DNA of 64,000 nucleotides from positions 2,356,001-2,420,000 of the forward strand of contig OZ024757.1 in NCBI GenBank assembly GCA_964016885.1, read 5' to 3'. The translations under genes and the position numbers were made by a program. The notes under the pieces are model-generated. The model was given only the letters and a program-made list of their open reading frames with translations. It had not been told where the DNA came from and did not search any database. The DNA is from Eledone cirrhosa. Taxonomy: Eukaryota. Numbering within the stretch: the first letter of the stretch is position 1; each line of letters begins with the position of its first letter. Below are positions 1 through 15,000 of the stretch, one piece after another.

Positions 1-3000
1 TGTGGTTAGAATGTCTCAGGTAAGAATGACTGGTGAGTCACTCCAGGTAGAGCTGTTACTTCTCTGAATTGACAGATCGCAGCTCTGATACTATGGACAT
101 GTGGTTAGAATGTCTCAGGTAAGAATCACTGGAGAGTCACTCCAGGTAGAGCTGTTACTTCTCTGAATTGACAGATCGCAGCTCTGATACTATGGACATG
201 TGGTTAGAATGTCTCAGGTAAGAATCACTGAAGTCTCACTCCAGGTAGAGCTGCTACTTCTCTGAATTGACAGATCACAGCTCTGATACTATGGACATGT
301 GGTTAGAATTTGTCAGGAAAGAATCACTGGAGAGTCACTCCAGGTAGAGCTGTTACTTCTCTGAATTGACAGATCGCAGCTCTGATACTATGGACATGTG
401 GTTAGAATGTCTCAGGTAAGAATCACTGGAGAGTCACTCCAGGTAGAGCTGTTACTTCTCAGAATTGACAGATCACAGCTCTGATACTATGGATATGTGG
501 TTAGAATGTCTCAGGAAAGAATGACTGGAGAGTCACTCCAGGTAGAGCTGCTACTTCTCTGAATTGACAGATCACAGCTCTGATCCAATGGACATGTGGT
601 TAGAATGTCTCAGGAAAGAATCACTGGAGAGTCACTCCAGGTAGAGCTGTTACTTCTCTGAATTGACAGATCGCAGCTCTGATACTATGGACATGTGGTT
701 AGAATGTCTCAGGTAAGAATCACTGGAGAGTCACTCCAGGTAGAGCTGTTACTTCTCTGAATTGACAGATCACAGCTCTGATACTATGGACATGTGGTTA
801 GAATGTCTCAGGAAAGAATGACTGGAGAGTCACTCCAGGTAGAGCTGCTACTTCTCTGAATTGACAGATCACAGCTCTGATCCTATGGACATGTGGTTAG
901 AATTTGTCAGGAAAGAATCACTGGAGAGTCACTCCAGGTAGAGCTGTTACTTCTCTGAATTGACAGATCGCAGCTCTGATACTATGGACATGTGGTTAGA
1001 ATGTCTCAGGTAAGAATCACTGGAGAGTCACTCCAGGTAGAGCTGTTACTTATCTGAATTGACAGATCGCAGCTCTGATACTATGGACATGTGGTTAGAA
1101 TGTCTCAGGAAAGAATGACTGGAGAGTCACTCCAGGTAGAGCTGTTACTTCTCTGAATTGACAGATCACAGCTCTGATACTATGGACATGTGGTTAGAAT
1201 GTCTCAGGAAAGAATGACTGGAGAGTCACTCCAGGTAGAGCTGCTACTTCTCTGAATTGACAGATCACATCTCTGATCCTATGGACATGTGGTTAGAATG
1301 TCTCAGGAAAGAATCACTGGAGAGTCACTCCAGGTAGAGCTGTTACTTCTCTGAATTGACAGATCGCAGCTCTGATACTATGGACATGTGGTTAGAATGT
1401 CTCAGGTAAGAATCACTGGAGAGTCACTCCAGGTAGAGCTGTTACTTCTCTGAATTGACAGATCGCAGCTCTGATACTATGGACATGTGGTTAGAATGTC
1501 TCAGGTAAGAATCACTGGTGAGTCACTCCAGGTAGAGCTGTTACTTCTCTGAATTGACAGATCGCAGCTCTGATACTATGGACATGTGGTTAGAATGTCT
1601 CAGGTAAGAATCACTGGAGAGTCACTCCAGGTAGAGCTGTTACTTCTCTGAATTGACAGATCGCAGCTCTGATACTATGGACATGTGGTTAGAATGTCTC
1701 AGGTAAGAATCACTGGAGAGTCACTCCAGGTAGAGCTGTTACTTCTCTGAATTGAGAGATCACAGCTCTGATACTATGGACATGTGGTTAGAATGTCTCA
1801 GGAAAGAATAACTGGAGAGTCACTCCAGGTAGAGCTGTTACTTCTCTGAATTGACAGATCACAGCTCTGATACTATGGACATGTGGTTAGAATGTCTCAG
1901 GTAAGAATCACTGAAGTCTCACTCCAGGTAGAGCTGCTACTTCTCTGAATTGACAGATCACAGCTCTGATACTATGGACATGTGGTTAGAATTTGTCAGG
2001 AAAGAATCACTGGAGAGTCACTCCAGGTAGAGCTGTTACTTCTCTGAATTGACAGATCGCAGCTCTGATACTATGGACATGTGGTTAGAATGTCTCAGGT
2101 AAGAATCACTGGAGAGTCACTCCAGGTAGAGCTGTTACTTCTCTGAATTGACAGATCACAGCTCTGATACTATGGACATGTGGTTAGAATGTCTCAGGAA
2201 AGAATGACTGGAGAGTCACTCCAGGTAGAGCTGCTACTTCTCTGAATTGACAGATCACAGCTCTGCTCCAATGGACATGTGGTTAGAATGTCTCAGGAAA
2301 GAATCACTGGAGAGTCACTCCAGGTAGAGCTGTTACTTCTCTGAATTGACAGATCGCAGCTCTGATACTATGGACATGTGGTTAGAATGTCTCAGGTAAG
2401 AATCACTGGAGGGTCACTCCAGGTAGAGCTGTTACTTCTCTGAATTGACAGATCACAGCTCTGATACTATGGACATGTGGTTAGAATGTCTCAGGAAAGA
2501 ATGACTGGAGAGTCACTCCAGGTAGAGCTGCTACTTCTCTGAATTGACAGATCACAGCTCTGATCCTATGGACATGTGGTTAGAATGTCTCAGGAAAGAA
2601 TCACTGGAGAGTCACTCCAGGTAGAGCTGTTACTTCTCTGAATTGACAGATCGCAGCTCTGATACTATGGACATGTGGTTAGAATGTCTCAGGTAAGAAT
2701 GACTGGAGAGTCACTCCAGGTAGAGCTGCTACTTCTCTGAATTGACAGATCACAGCTCTGATCCTATGGACATGTGGTTAGAATGTCTCAGGAAAGAATC
2801 ACTGGAGAGTCACTCCAGGTAGAGCTGTTACTTCTCTGAATTGACAGATCGCAGCTCTGATACTATGGACATGTGGTTAGAATGTCTCAGGTAAGAATCA
2901 CTGGAGAGTCACTCCAGGTAGAGCTGTTACTTCTCTGAATTGACAGATCACAGCTCTGATACTATGGACATGTGGTTAGAATGTCTCAGGAAAGAATAAC

Positions 3001-6000
3001 TGGAGAGTCACTCCAGGTAGAGATGTTACTTCTCTGAATTGACAGATCACAGCTCTGATACTATGGACATGTGGTTAGAATGTCTCAGGTAAGAATCACT
3101 GAAGTCTCACTCCAGGTAGAGCTGCTACTTCTCTGAATTGACAGATCACAGCTCTGATACTATGGACATGTGGTTAGAATTTGTCAGGAAAGAATCACTG
3201 GAGAGTCACTCCAGGTAGAGCTGTTACTTCTCTGAATTGACAGATCGCAGCTCTGATACTATGGACATGTGGTTAGAATGTCTCAGGTAAGAATCACTGG
3301 AGAGTCACTCCAGGTAGAGCTGTTACTTCTCAGAATTGACAGATCACAGCTCTGATACTATGGACATGTGGTTAGAATGTCTCAGGAAAGAATGACTGGA
3401 GAGTCACTCCAGGTAGAGCTGTTACTTCTCTGAATTGACAGATCACAGCTCTGATACTATGGACATGTGGTTAGAATGTCTCAGGAAAGAATGACTGGAG
3501 AGTCACTCCAGGTAGAGCTGCTACTTCTCTGAATTGACAGATCACAGCTCTGATCCAATGGACATGTGGTTAGAATGTCTCAGGAAAGAATCACTGGAGA
3601 GTCACTCCAGGTAGAGCTGTTACTTCTCTGAATTGACAGATCGCAGCTCTGATACTATGGACATGTGGTTAGAATGTCTCAGGTAAGAATCACTGGAGAG
3701 TCACTCCAGGTAGAGCTGTTACTTATCTGAATTGACAGATCGCAGCTCTGATACTATGGACATGTGGTTAGAATGTCTCAGGTAAGAATTACTGGAGAGT
3801 CACTCCGGGTAGAGCTGTTACTTCTCTGAATTGACAGATCGCAGCTCTGATACTATGGACATGTGGTTAGAATGTCTCAGGTAAGAATCACTGGTGAGTC
3901 ACTCCAGGTAGAGCTGTTACTTCTCTGAATTGACAGATCGCAGCTCTGATACTATGGACATGTGGTTAGAATGTCTCAGGTAAGAATGACTGGTGAGTCA
4001 CTCCAGGTAGAGCTGTTACTTCTCTGAATTGACAGATCGCAGCTCTGATACTATGGACATGTGGTTAGAATGTCTCAGGTAAGAATCACTGGAGAGTCAC
4101 TCCAGGTAGAGCTGTTACTTCTCTGAATTGACAGATCGCAGCTCTGATACTATGGACATGTGGTTAGAATGTCTCAGGTAAGAATCACTGGAGAGTCACT
4201 CCAGGTAGAGCTGTTACTTCTCTGAATTGACAGATCACAGCTCTGATACTATGGGCATGTGGTTAGAATGTCTCAGGAAAGAATAACTGGAGAGTCACTC
4301 CAGGTAGAGCTGTTACTTCTCTGAATTGACAGATCACAGCTCTGATACTATGGACATGTGGTTAGAATGTCTCAGGTAAGAATCACTGAAGTCTCACTCC
4401 AGGTAGAGCTGCTACTTCTCTGAATTGACAGATCACAGCTCTGATACTATGGACATGTGGTTAGAATTTGTCAGGAAAGAATCACTGGAGAGTCACTCCA
4501 GGTAGAGCTGTTACTTCTCTGAATTGACAGATCGCAGCTCTGATACTATGGACATGTGGTTAGAATGTCTCAGGTAAGAATCACTGGAGAGTCACTCCAG
4601 GTAGAGCTGTTACTTCTCAGAATTGACAGATCACAGCTCTGATACTATGGACATGTGGTTAGAATGTCTCAGGAAAGAATGACTGGAGAGTCACTCCAGG
4701 TAGAGCTGTTACTTCTCTGAATTGACAGATCACAGCTCTGATACTATGGATATGTGGTTAGAATGTCTCAGGAAAGAATGACTGGAGAGTCACTCCAGGT
4801 AGAGCTGCTACCTCTCTGAATTGACAGATCACAGCTCTGATCCAATGGACATGTGGTTAGAATGTCTCAGGAAAGAATCACTGGAGAGTCACTCCAGGTA
4901 GAGCTGTTACTTCTCTGAATTGACAGATCGCAGCTCTGATACTATGGACATGTGGTTAGAATGTCTCAGGTAAGAATCACTGGAGAGTCACTCCAGGTAG
5001 AGCTGTTACTTCTCTGAATTGACAGATCACAGCTCTGATACTATGGACATGTGGTTAGAATGTCTCAGGAAAGAATGACTGGAGAGTCACTCCAGGTAGA
5101 GCTGCTACTTCTCTGAATTGACAGATCACAGCTCTGATCCTATGGACATGTGGTTAGAATTTGTCAGGAAAGAATCACATGGAGAGTCACTCCAGGTAGA
5201 GCTGTTACTTCTCTGAATTGACAGATCGCAGCTCTGATACTATGGACATGTGGTTAGAATGTCTCAGGTAAGAATCACTGGAGAGTCACTCCAGGTAGAG
5301 CTGTTACTTATCTGAATTGACAGATCGCAGCTCTGATACTATGGACATGTGGTTAGAATGTCTCAGGAAAGAATGACTGGAGAGTCACTCCAGGTAGAGC
5401 TGTTACTTCTCTGAATTGACAGATCACAGCTCTGATACTATGGACATGTGGTTAGAATGTCTCAGGAAAGAATGACTGGAGAGTCACTCCAGGTAGAGCT
5501 GCTACTTCTCTGAATTGACAGATCACATCTCTGATCCTATGGACATGTGGTTAGAATGTCTCAGGAAAGAATCACTGGAGAGTCACTCCAGGTAGAGCTG
5601 TTACTTCTCTGAATTGACAGATCGCAGCTCTGATACTATGGACATGTGGTTAGTATGTCTCAGGTAAGAATCACTGGAGAGTCACTCCAGGTAGAGCTGT
5701 TACTTCTCTGAATTGACAGATCGCAGCTCTGATACTATGGACATGTGGTTAGAATGTCTCAGGTAAGAATCACTGGTGAGTCACTCCAGGTAGAGCTGTT
5801 ACTTCTCTGAATTGACAGATCGCAGCTCTGATACTATGGACATGTGGTTAGAATGTCTCAGGTAAGAATCACTGGAGAGTCACTCCAGGTAGAGCTGTTA
5901 CTTCTCTGAATTGACAGATTGCAGCTCTGATACTATGGACATGTGGTTAGAATGTCTCAGGTAAGAATCACTGGAGAGTCACTCCAGGTAGAGCTGTTAC

Positions 6001-9000
6001 TTCTCTGAATTGAGAGATCACAGCTCTGATACTATGGACATGTGGTTAGAATGTCTCAGGAAAGAATAACTGGAGAGTCACTCCAGGTAGAGCTGTTACT
6101 TCTCTGAATTGACAGATCACAGCTCTGATACTATGGACATGTGGTTAGAATGTCTCAGGTAAGAATCACTGAAGTCTCACTCCAGGTAGAGCTGCTACTT
6201 CTCTGAATTGACAGATCACAGCTCTGATACTATGGACATGTGGTTAGAATTTGTCAGGAAAGAATCACTGGAGAGTCACTCCAGGTAGAGCTGTTACTTC
6301 TCTGAATTGACAGATCGCAGCTCTGATACTATGGACATGTGGTTAGAATGTCTCAGGTAAGAATCACTGGAGAGTCACTCCAGGTAGAGCTGTTACTTCT
6401 CAGAATTGACAGATCACAGCTCTGATACTATGGACATGTGGTTAGAATGTCTCAGGAAAGAATGACTGGAGAGTCACTCCAGGTAGAGCTGTTACTTCTC
6501 TGAATTGACAGATCACAGCTCTGATACTATGGACATGTGGTTAGAATGTCTCAGGAAAGAATGACTGGAGAGTCACTCCAGGTAGAGCTGCTACTTCTCT
6601 GAATTGACAGATCGCAGCTCTGATACTATGGACATGTGGTTAGAATGTCTCAGGTAAGAATCACTGGAGGGTCACTCCAGGGAGAGCTGTTACTTCTCTG
6701 AATTGACAGATCACAGCTCTGATACTATGGACATGTGGTTAGAATGTCTCAGGAAAGAATGACTGGAGAGTCACTCCAGGTAGAGCTGCTACTTCTCTGA
6801 ATTGACAGATCACAGCTCTGATCCTATGGACATGTGGTTAGAATGTCTCAGGAAAGAATCACTGGTGAGTCACTCCAGGTAGAGCTGTTACTTCTCTGAA
6901 TTGAGAGATCACAGCTCTGATACTATGGACATGTGGTTAGAATGTCTCAGGTAAGAATCACTGGAGAGTCACTCCAGGTAGAGCTGTTACTTATCTGAAT
7001 TGACAGATCGCAGCTCTGATACTATGGACATGTGGTTAGAATGTCTCAGGAAAGAATGACTGGAGAGTCACTCCAGGTAGAGCTGTTACTTCTCTGAATT
7101 GACAGATCACAGCTCTGATACTATGGACATGTGGTTAGAATGTCTCAGGAAAGAATGACTGGAGAGTCACTCCAGGTAGAGCTGCTACTTCTCTGAATTG
7201 ACAGATCACAGCTCTGATCCTATGGACATGTGGTTAGAATGTCTCAGGAAAGAATCACTGGAGAGTCACTCCAGGTAGAGCTGTTACTTCTCTGAATTGA
7301 CAGATCGCAGCTCTGATACTATGGACATGTGGTTAGAATGTCTCAGGTAAGAATCACTGGTGAGTCACTCCAGGTAGAGCTGTTACTTCTCTGAATTGAC
7401 AGATCGCAGCTCTGATACTATGGACATGTGGTTAGAATGTCTCAGGTAAGAATCACTGGTGAGTCACTCCAGGTAGAGCTGTTACTTCTCTGAATTGATA
7501 GATCGCAGCTCTGATACTATGGACATGTGGTTAGAATGTCTCAGGTAAGAATCACTGGAGAGTCACTCCAGGTAGAGCTGTTACTTCTCTGAATTGACAG
7601 ATCGCAGCTCTGATACTATGGACATGTGGTTAGAATGTCTCAGGTAAGAATCACTGGAGAGTCACTCCAGGTAGAGCTGTTACTTCTCTGAATTGAGAGA
7701 TCACAGCTCTGATACTATGGACATGTGGTTAGAATGTCTCAGGTAAGAATAACTGGAGAGTCACTCCAGGTAGAGCTGTTACTTCTCTGAATTGACAGAT
7801 CACAGCTCTGATACTATGGACATGTGGTTAGAATGTCTCAGGTAAGAATCACTGAAGTCTCACTCCAGGTAGAGCTGCTACTTCTCTGAATTGACAGATC
7901 ACAGCTCTGATACTATGGACATGTGGTTAGAATTTGTCAGGAAAGAATCACTGGAGAGCCACTCCAGGTAGAGCTGTTACTTCTCTGAATTGACAGATCA
8001 CAGCTCTGATACTATGGACATGTGGTTAGAATGTCTCAGGAAAGAATGACTGGAGAGTCACTCCAGGTAGAGCTGTTACTTCTCTGAATTGACAGATCAC
8101 AGCTCTGATACTATGGACATGTGGTTAGAATGTCTCAGGAAAGAATGACTGGAGAGTCACTCCAGGTAGAGCTGCTACTTCTCTGAATTGACAGATCACA
8201 GCTCTGATCCAATGGACATGTGGTTAGAATGTCTCAGGAAAGAATCACTGGAGAGTCACTCCAGGTAGAGCTGTTACTTCTCTGAATTGACAGATCGCAG
8301 CTCTGATACTATGGACATGTGGTTAGAATGTCTCAGGTAAGAATCACTGGAGGGTCACTCCAGGTAGAGCTGTTACTTCTCTGAATTGACAGATCACAGC
8401 TCTGATACTATGGACATGTGGTTAGAATGTCCCAGGAAAGAATGACTGGAGAGTCACTCCAGGTAGAGCTGCTACTTCTCTGAATTGACAGATCACAGCT
8501 CTGATCCTATGGACATGTGGTTAGAATGTCTCAGGAAAGAATCACTGGAGAGTCACTCCAGGTAGAGCTGTTACTTCTCTGAATTGACAGATCGCAGCTC
8601 TGATACTATGGACATGTGGTTAGAATGTCTCAGGTAAGAATCACTGGAGAGTCACTCCAGGTAGAGCTGTTACTTATCTGAATTGACAGATCGCAGCTCT
8701 GATACTATGGACATGTGGTTAGAATGTCTCAGGAAAGAATGACTGGAGAGTCACTCCAGGTAGAGCTGTTACTTCTCTGAATTGACAGATCACAGCTCTG
8801 ATACTATGGACATGTGGTTAGAATGTCTCAGGAAAGAATGACTGGAGAGTCACTCCAGGTAGAGCTGCTACTTCTCTGAATTGACAGATCACAGCTCTGA
8901 TCCTATGGACATGTGGTTAGAATGTCTCAGGAAAGAATCACTGGAGAGTCACTCCAGGTAGAGCTGTTACTTCTCTGAATTGACAGATCGCAGCTCTGAT

Positions 9001-12000
9001 ACTATGGACATGTGGTTAGAATGTCTCAGGTAAGAATCACTGGTGAGTCACTCCAGGTAGAGCTGTTACTTCTCTGAATTGACAGATCGCAGCTCTGATA
9101 CTATGGACATGTGGTTAGAATGTCTCAGGTAAGAATGACTGGTGAGTCACTCCAGGTAGAGCTGTTACTTTTCTGAATTGACAGATCACAGCTCTGATAC
9201 TATGGACATGTGGTTAGAATGTCTCAGGAAAGAATGACTGGAGAGTCACTCCAGGTAGAGCTGTTACTTCTCTGAATTGACAGATCACAGCTCTGATACT
9301 ATGGACATGTGGTTAGAATGTCTCAGGTAAGAATCACTGAAGTCTCACTCCAGGTAGAGCTGCTACTTCTCTGAATTGACAGATCACAGCTCTGATACTA
9401 TGGACATGTGGTTAGAATTTGTCAGGAAAGAATCACTGGAGAGTCACTCCAGGTAGAGCTGTTACTTCTCTGAATTGACAGATCGCAGCTCTGATACTAT
9501 GGACATGTGGTTAGAATGTCTCAGGTAAGAATCACTGGAGAGTCACTCCAGGTAGAGCTGTTACTTCTCAGAATTGACAGATCACAGCTCTGATACTATG
9601 GACATGTGGTTAGAATGTCTCAGGAAAGAATGACTGGAGATTCACTCCAGGTAGAGCTGTTACTTCTCTGAATTGACAGATCACAGCTCTGATACTATGG
9701 ATATGTGGTTAGAATGTCTCAGGAAAGAATGACTGCAGAGTCACTCCAGGTAGAGCTGCTACTTCTCTGAATTGACAGATCACAGCTCTGATCCAATGGA
9801 CATGTGGTTAGAATGTCTCAGGAAAGAATCACTGGAGAGTAACTCCAGGTAGAGCTGTTACTTCTCTGAATTGACAGATCGCAGCTCTGATACTATGGAC
9901 ATGTGGTTAGAATGTCTCAGGTAAGAATCACTGGAGAGTCACTCCAGGTAGAGCTGTTACTTCTCTGAATTGACAGATCACAGCTCTGATACTATGGACA
10001 TGTGGTTAGAATGTCTCAGGAAAGAATGACTGGAGAGTCACTCCAGGTAGAGCTGCTACTTCTCTGAATTGACAGATCACAGCTCTGATCCTATGGACAT
10101 GTGGTTAGAATGTCTCAGGAAAGTATCACTGGAGAGTCACTCCAGGTAGAGCTGTTACTTCTCTGAATGGACAGATCGCAGCTCTGATACTATGGACATG
10201 TGGTTAGAATGTCTCAGGTAAGAATCACTGGAGAGTCACTCCAGGTAGAGCTGTTACTTATCTGAATTGACAGATCGCAGCTCTGATACTATGGACATGT
10301 GGTTAGAATGTCTCAGGAAAGAATGACTGGAGAGTCACTCCAGGTAGAGCTGTTACTTCTCTGAATTGACAGATCACAGCTCTGATACTATGGACATGTG
10401 GTTAGAATGTCTCAGGAAAGAATAACTGGAGAGTCACTCCAGGTAGAGCTGTTACTTCTCTGAATTGACAGATCACAGCTCTGATACTATGGACATGTGG
10501 TTAGAATGTCTCAGGTAAGAATCACTGAAGTCTCACTCCAGGTAGAGCTGCTACTTCTCTGAATTGACAGATCACAGCTCTGATACTATGGACATGTGGT
10601 TAGAATGTCTCAGGTAAGAATCACTGAAGTCTCACTCCAGGTAGAGCTGCTACTTCTCTGAATTGACAGATCACAGCTCTGATACTATGGACATGTGGTT
10701 AGAATGTCTCAGGTAAGAATCACTGAAGCCTCACTCCAGGTAGAGCTGCTACTTCTCTGAATTGACAGATCACAGCTCTGATACTATGGACATGTGGTTA
10801 GAATTTGTCAGGAAAGAATCACTGGAGAGTCACTCCAGGTAGAGCTGTTACTTCTCTGAATTGACAGATCGCAGCTCTGATACTATGGACATGTGGTTAG
10901 AATGTCTCAGGTAAGAATCACTGGAGAGTCACTCCAGGTAGAGCTGTTACTTCTCAGAATTGACAGATCACAGCTCTGATACTATGGACATGTGGTTAGA
11001 ATGTCTCAGGAAAGAATGACTGGAGAGTCACTCCAGGTAGAGCTGTTACTTCTCTGAATTGACAGATCACAGCTCTGATACTATGGATATGTGGTTAGAA
11101 TGTCTCAGGAAAGAATGACTGGAGAGTCACTCCAGGTAGAGCTGCTACTTCTCTGAATTGACAGATCACAGCTCTGATCCAATGGACATGTGGTTAGAAT
11201 GTCTCAGGAAAGAATCACTGGAGGGTCACTCCAGGTAGAGCTGTTACTTCTCTGAATTGACAGATCGCAGCTCTGATACTATGGACATGTGGTTAGAATG
11301 TCTCAGGTAAGAATCACTGGAGAGTCACTCCAGGTAGAGCTGTTACTTCTCTGAATTGACAGATCACAGCTCTGATACTATGGACATGTGGTTAGAATGT
11401 CTCAGGAAAGAATGACTGGAGAGTCACTCCAGGTAGAGCTGCCACTTCTCTGAATTGACAGATCACAGCTCTGATCCTTTGGACATGTGGTTAGAATGTC
11501 TCAGGAAAGAATCACTGGAGAGTCACTCCAGGTAGAGCTGTTACTTCTCTGAATGGACAGATCGCAGCTCTGATACTATGGACATGTGGTTAGAATGTCT
11601 CAGGTAAGAATCACTGGAGAGTCACTCCAGGTAGAGCTGTTACTTATCTGAATTGACAGATCGCAGCTCTGATACTATGGACATGTGGTTAGAATGTCTC
11701 AGGAAAGAATGACTGGAGAGTCACTCCAGGTAGAGCTGTTACTTCTCTGAATTGACAGATCACAGCTCTGATACTATGGACATGTGGTTAGAATGTCTCA
11801 GGAAAGAATGACTGGAGAGTCACTCCAGGTAGAGCTGCTACTTCTCTGAATTGACAGATCACAGCTCTGATCCTATGGACATGTGGTTAGAATGTCTCAG
11901 GAAAGAATCACTGGAGAGTCACTCCAGGTAGAGCTGTTACTTCTCTGAATTGACAGATCGCAGCTCTGATACTATGGACATGTGGTTAGAATGTCTCAGG

Positions 12001-15000
12001 TAAGAATCACTGGTGAGTCACTCCAGGTAGAGCTGTTACTTCTCTGAATTGACAGATCGCAGCTCTGATACTATGGACATGTGGTTAGAATGTCTCAGGA
12101 AAGAATGACTGGAGAGTCACTCCAGGTAGAGCTGCTACTTCTCTGAATTGACAGATCACAGCTCTGATCCAATGGACATGTGGTTAGAATGTCTCAGGAA
12201 AGAATCACTGGAGAGTCACTCCAGGTAGAGCTGTTACTTCTCAGAATTGACAGATCACAGCTCTGATACTATGGACATGTGGTTAGAATGTCTCAGGAAA
12301 GAATGACTGGAGAGTCACTCCAGGTAGAGCTGTTACTTCTCTGAATTGGCAGATCACAGCTCTGATACAATGGATATGTGGTTAGAATGTCTCAGGAAAG
12401 AATGACTGGAGAGTCACTCCAGGTAGAGCTGCTACTTCTCTGAATTGACAGATCACAGCTCTGATCCAATGGACATGTGGTTAGAATGTCTCAGGAAAGA
12501 ATCACTGGAGAGTCACTCCAGGTAGAGCTGTTACTTCTCTGAATTGACAGATCGCAGCTCTGATACTATGGACATGTGGTTAGAATGTCTCAGGTAAGAA
12601 TCACTGGAGAGTCACTCCAGGTAGAGCTGTTACTTCTCTGAATTGACAGATCACAGCTCTGATACTATGGACATGTGGTTAGAATGTCTCAGGAAAGAAT
12701 GACTGGAGAGTCACTCCAGGTAGAGCTGCTACTTCTCTGAATTGACAGATCACAGCTCTGATCCTATGGACATGTGGTTAGAATGTCTCAGGAAAGAATC
12801 ACTGGAGAGTCACTCCAGGTAGAGCTGTTACTTCTCTGAATGGACAGATCGCAGCTCTGATACTATGGACATGTGGTTAGAATGTCTCAGGTAAGAATCA
12901 CTGGAGAGTCACTCCAGGTAGAGCTGTTACTTATCTGAATTGACAGATCGCAGCTCTGATACTATGGACATGTGGTTAGAATGTCTCAGGAAAGAATGAC
13001 TGGAGAGTCACTCCAGGTAGAGCTGTTACTTCTCTGAATTGACAGATCACAGCTCTGATACTATGGACATGTGGTTAGAATGTCTCAGGAAAGAATGACT
13101 GGAGAGTCACTCCAGGTAGAGCTGCTACTTCTCTGAATTGACAGATCACAGCTCTGATCCTATGGACATGTGGTTAGAATGTCTCAGGAAAGAATCACTG
13201 GAGAGTCACTCCAGGTAGAGCTGTTACTTCTCTGAATTGACAGATCGCAGCTCTGATACTATGGACATGTGGTTAGAATGTCTCAGGTAAGAATCACTGG
13301 AGAGTCACTCCAGGTAGAGCTGTTACTTCTCTGATTTGACAGATCGCAGCTCTGATACTATGGACATGTGGTTAGAATGTCTCAGGTAAGAATCACTGGT
13401 GAGTCACTCCAGGTAGAGCTGTTACTTCTCTGAATTGACAGATCGCAGCTCTGATACTATGGACATGTGGTTAGAATGTCTCAGGAAAGAATGACTGGAG
13501 AGTCACTCCAGGTAGAGCTGCTACTTCTCTGAATTGACAGATCACAGCTCTGATCCAATGGACATGTGGTTAGAATGTCTCAGGAAAGAATCACTGGAGA
13601 GTCACTCCAGGTAGAGCTGTTACTTCTCTGAATTGACAGATCACAGCTCTGATACTATGGACATGTGGTTAGAATGTCTCAGGAAAGAATCACTGGAGAG
13701 TCACTCCAGGTAGAGCTGCTACTTCTCTGAATTGACAGATCACAGCTCTGATCCTATGGACATGTGGTTAGAATGTCTCAGGAAAGAATCACTGGAGAGT
13801 CACTCCAGGTAGAGCTGTTACTTCTCTGAATTGACAGATCACAGCTCTGATACTATGGACATGTGGTTAGAATGTCTCAGGTAAGAATCACTGGAGAGTC
13901 ACTCCAGGTAGAGCTGTTACTTATCTGAATTGACAGATCGCAGCTCTGATACTATGGACATGTGGTTAGAATGTCTCAGGAAAGAATGACTGGAGAGTCA
14001 CTCCAGGTAGAGCTGTTACTTCTCTGAATTGACAGATCACAGCTCTGATACTATGGACATGCGGTTAGAATGTCTCAGGAATGAATGACTGGAGAGTCAC
14101 TCCAGGTAAAGCTGCTACTTCTCTGAATTGAGAGATCACAGCTCTGATCCTATGGACATGTGGTTAGAATGTCTCAGGAAAGAATCACTGGAGAGTTACT
14201 CCAGGTAGAGCTGTTACTTCTCTGAATTGAGAGATCGCAGCTCTGATACTATGGACATGTGGTTAGAATGTCTCAGGTAAGAATCACTGGAGAGTCACTC
14301 CAGGTAGAGCTGTTACTTCTCTGAATTGACAGATCGCAGCTCTGATACTATGGACATGTGGTTAGAATGTCTCAGGTAAGAATCACTGGTGAGTCACTCC
14401 AGGTAGAGCTGTTACTTCTCTGAATTGACAGATCGCAGCTCTGATACTATGGACATGTGGTTAGAATGTCTCAGGTAAGAATCACTGGTGAGTCAATCCA
14501 GGTAGAGCTGTTACTTCTCTGAATTGACAGATTGCAGCTCTGATACTATGGACATGTGGTTAGAATGTCTCAGGTAAGAATCACTGGAGAGTCACTCCAG
14601 GTAGAGCTGTTACTTCTCTGAATTGACAGATCGCAGCTCTGATACTATGGACATGTGGTTAGAATGTCTCAGGTAAGAATCACTGGAGAGTCACTCCAGG
14701 TAGAGCTGTTACTTCTCTGAATTGAGAGATCACAGCTCTGATACTATGGACATGTGGTTAGAATGTCTCAGGAAAGAATAACTGGAGAGTCACTCCACGT
14801 AGAGCTGTTACTTCTCTGAATTGACAGATCACAGCTCTGATACTATGGACATGTGGTTAGAATGTCTCAGGTAAGAATCACTGAAGCCTCACTCCAGGTA
14901 GAGCTGCTACTTCTCTGAATTGACAGATCACAGCTCTGATACTATGGACATGTGGTTAGAATTTGTCAGGAAAGAATCACTGGTGAGTCACTCCAGGTAG

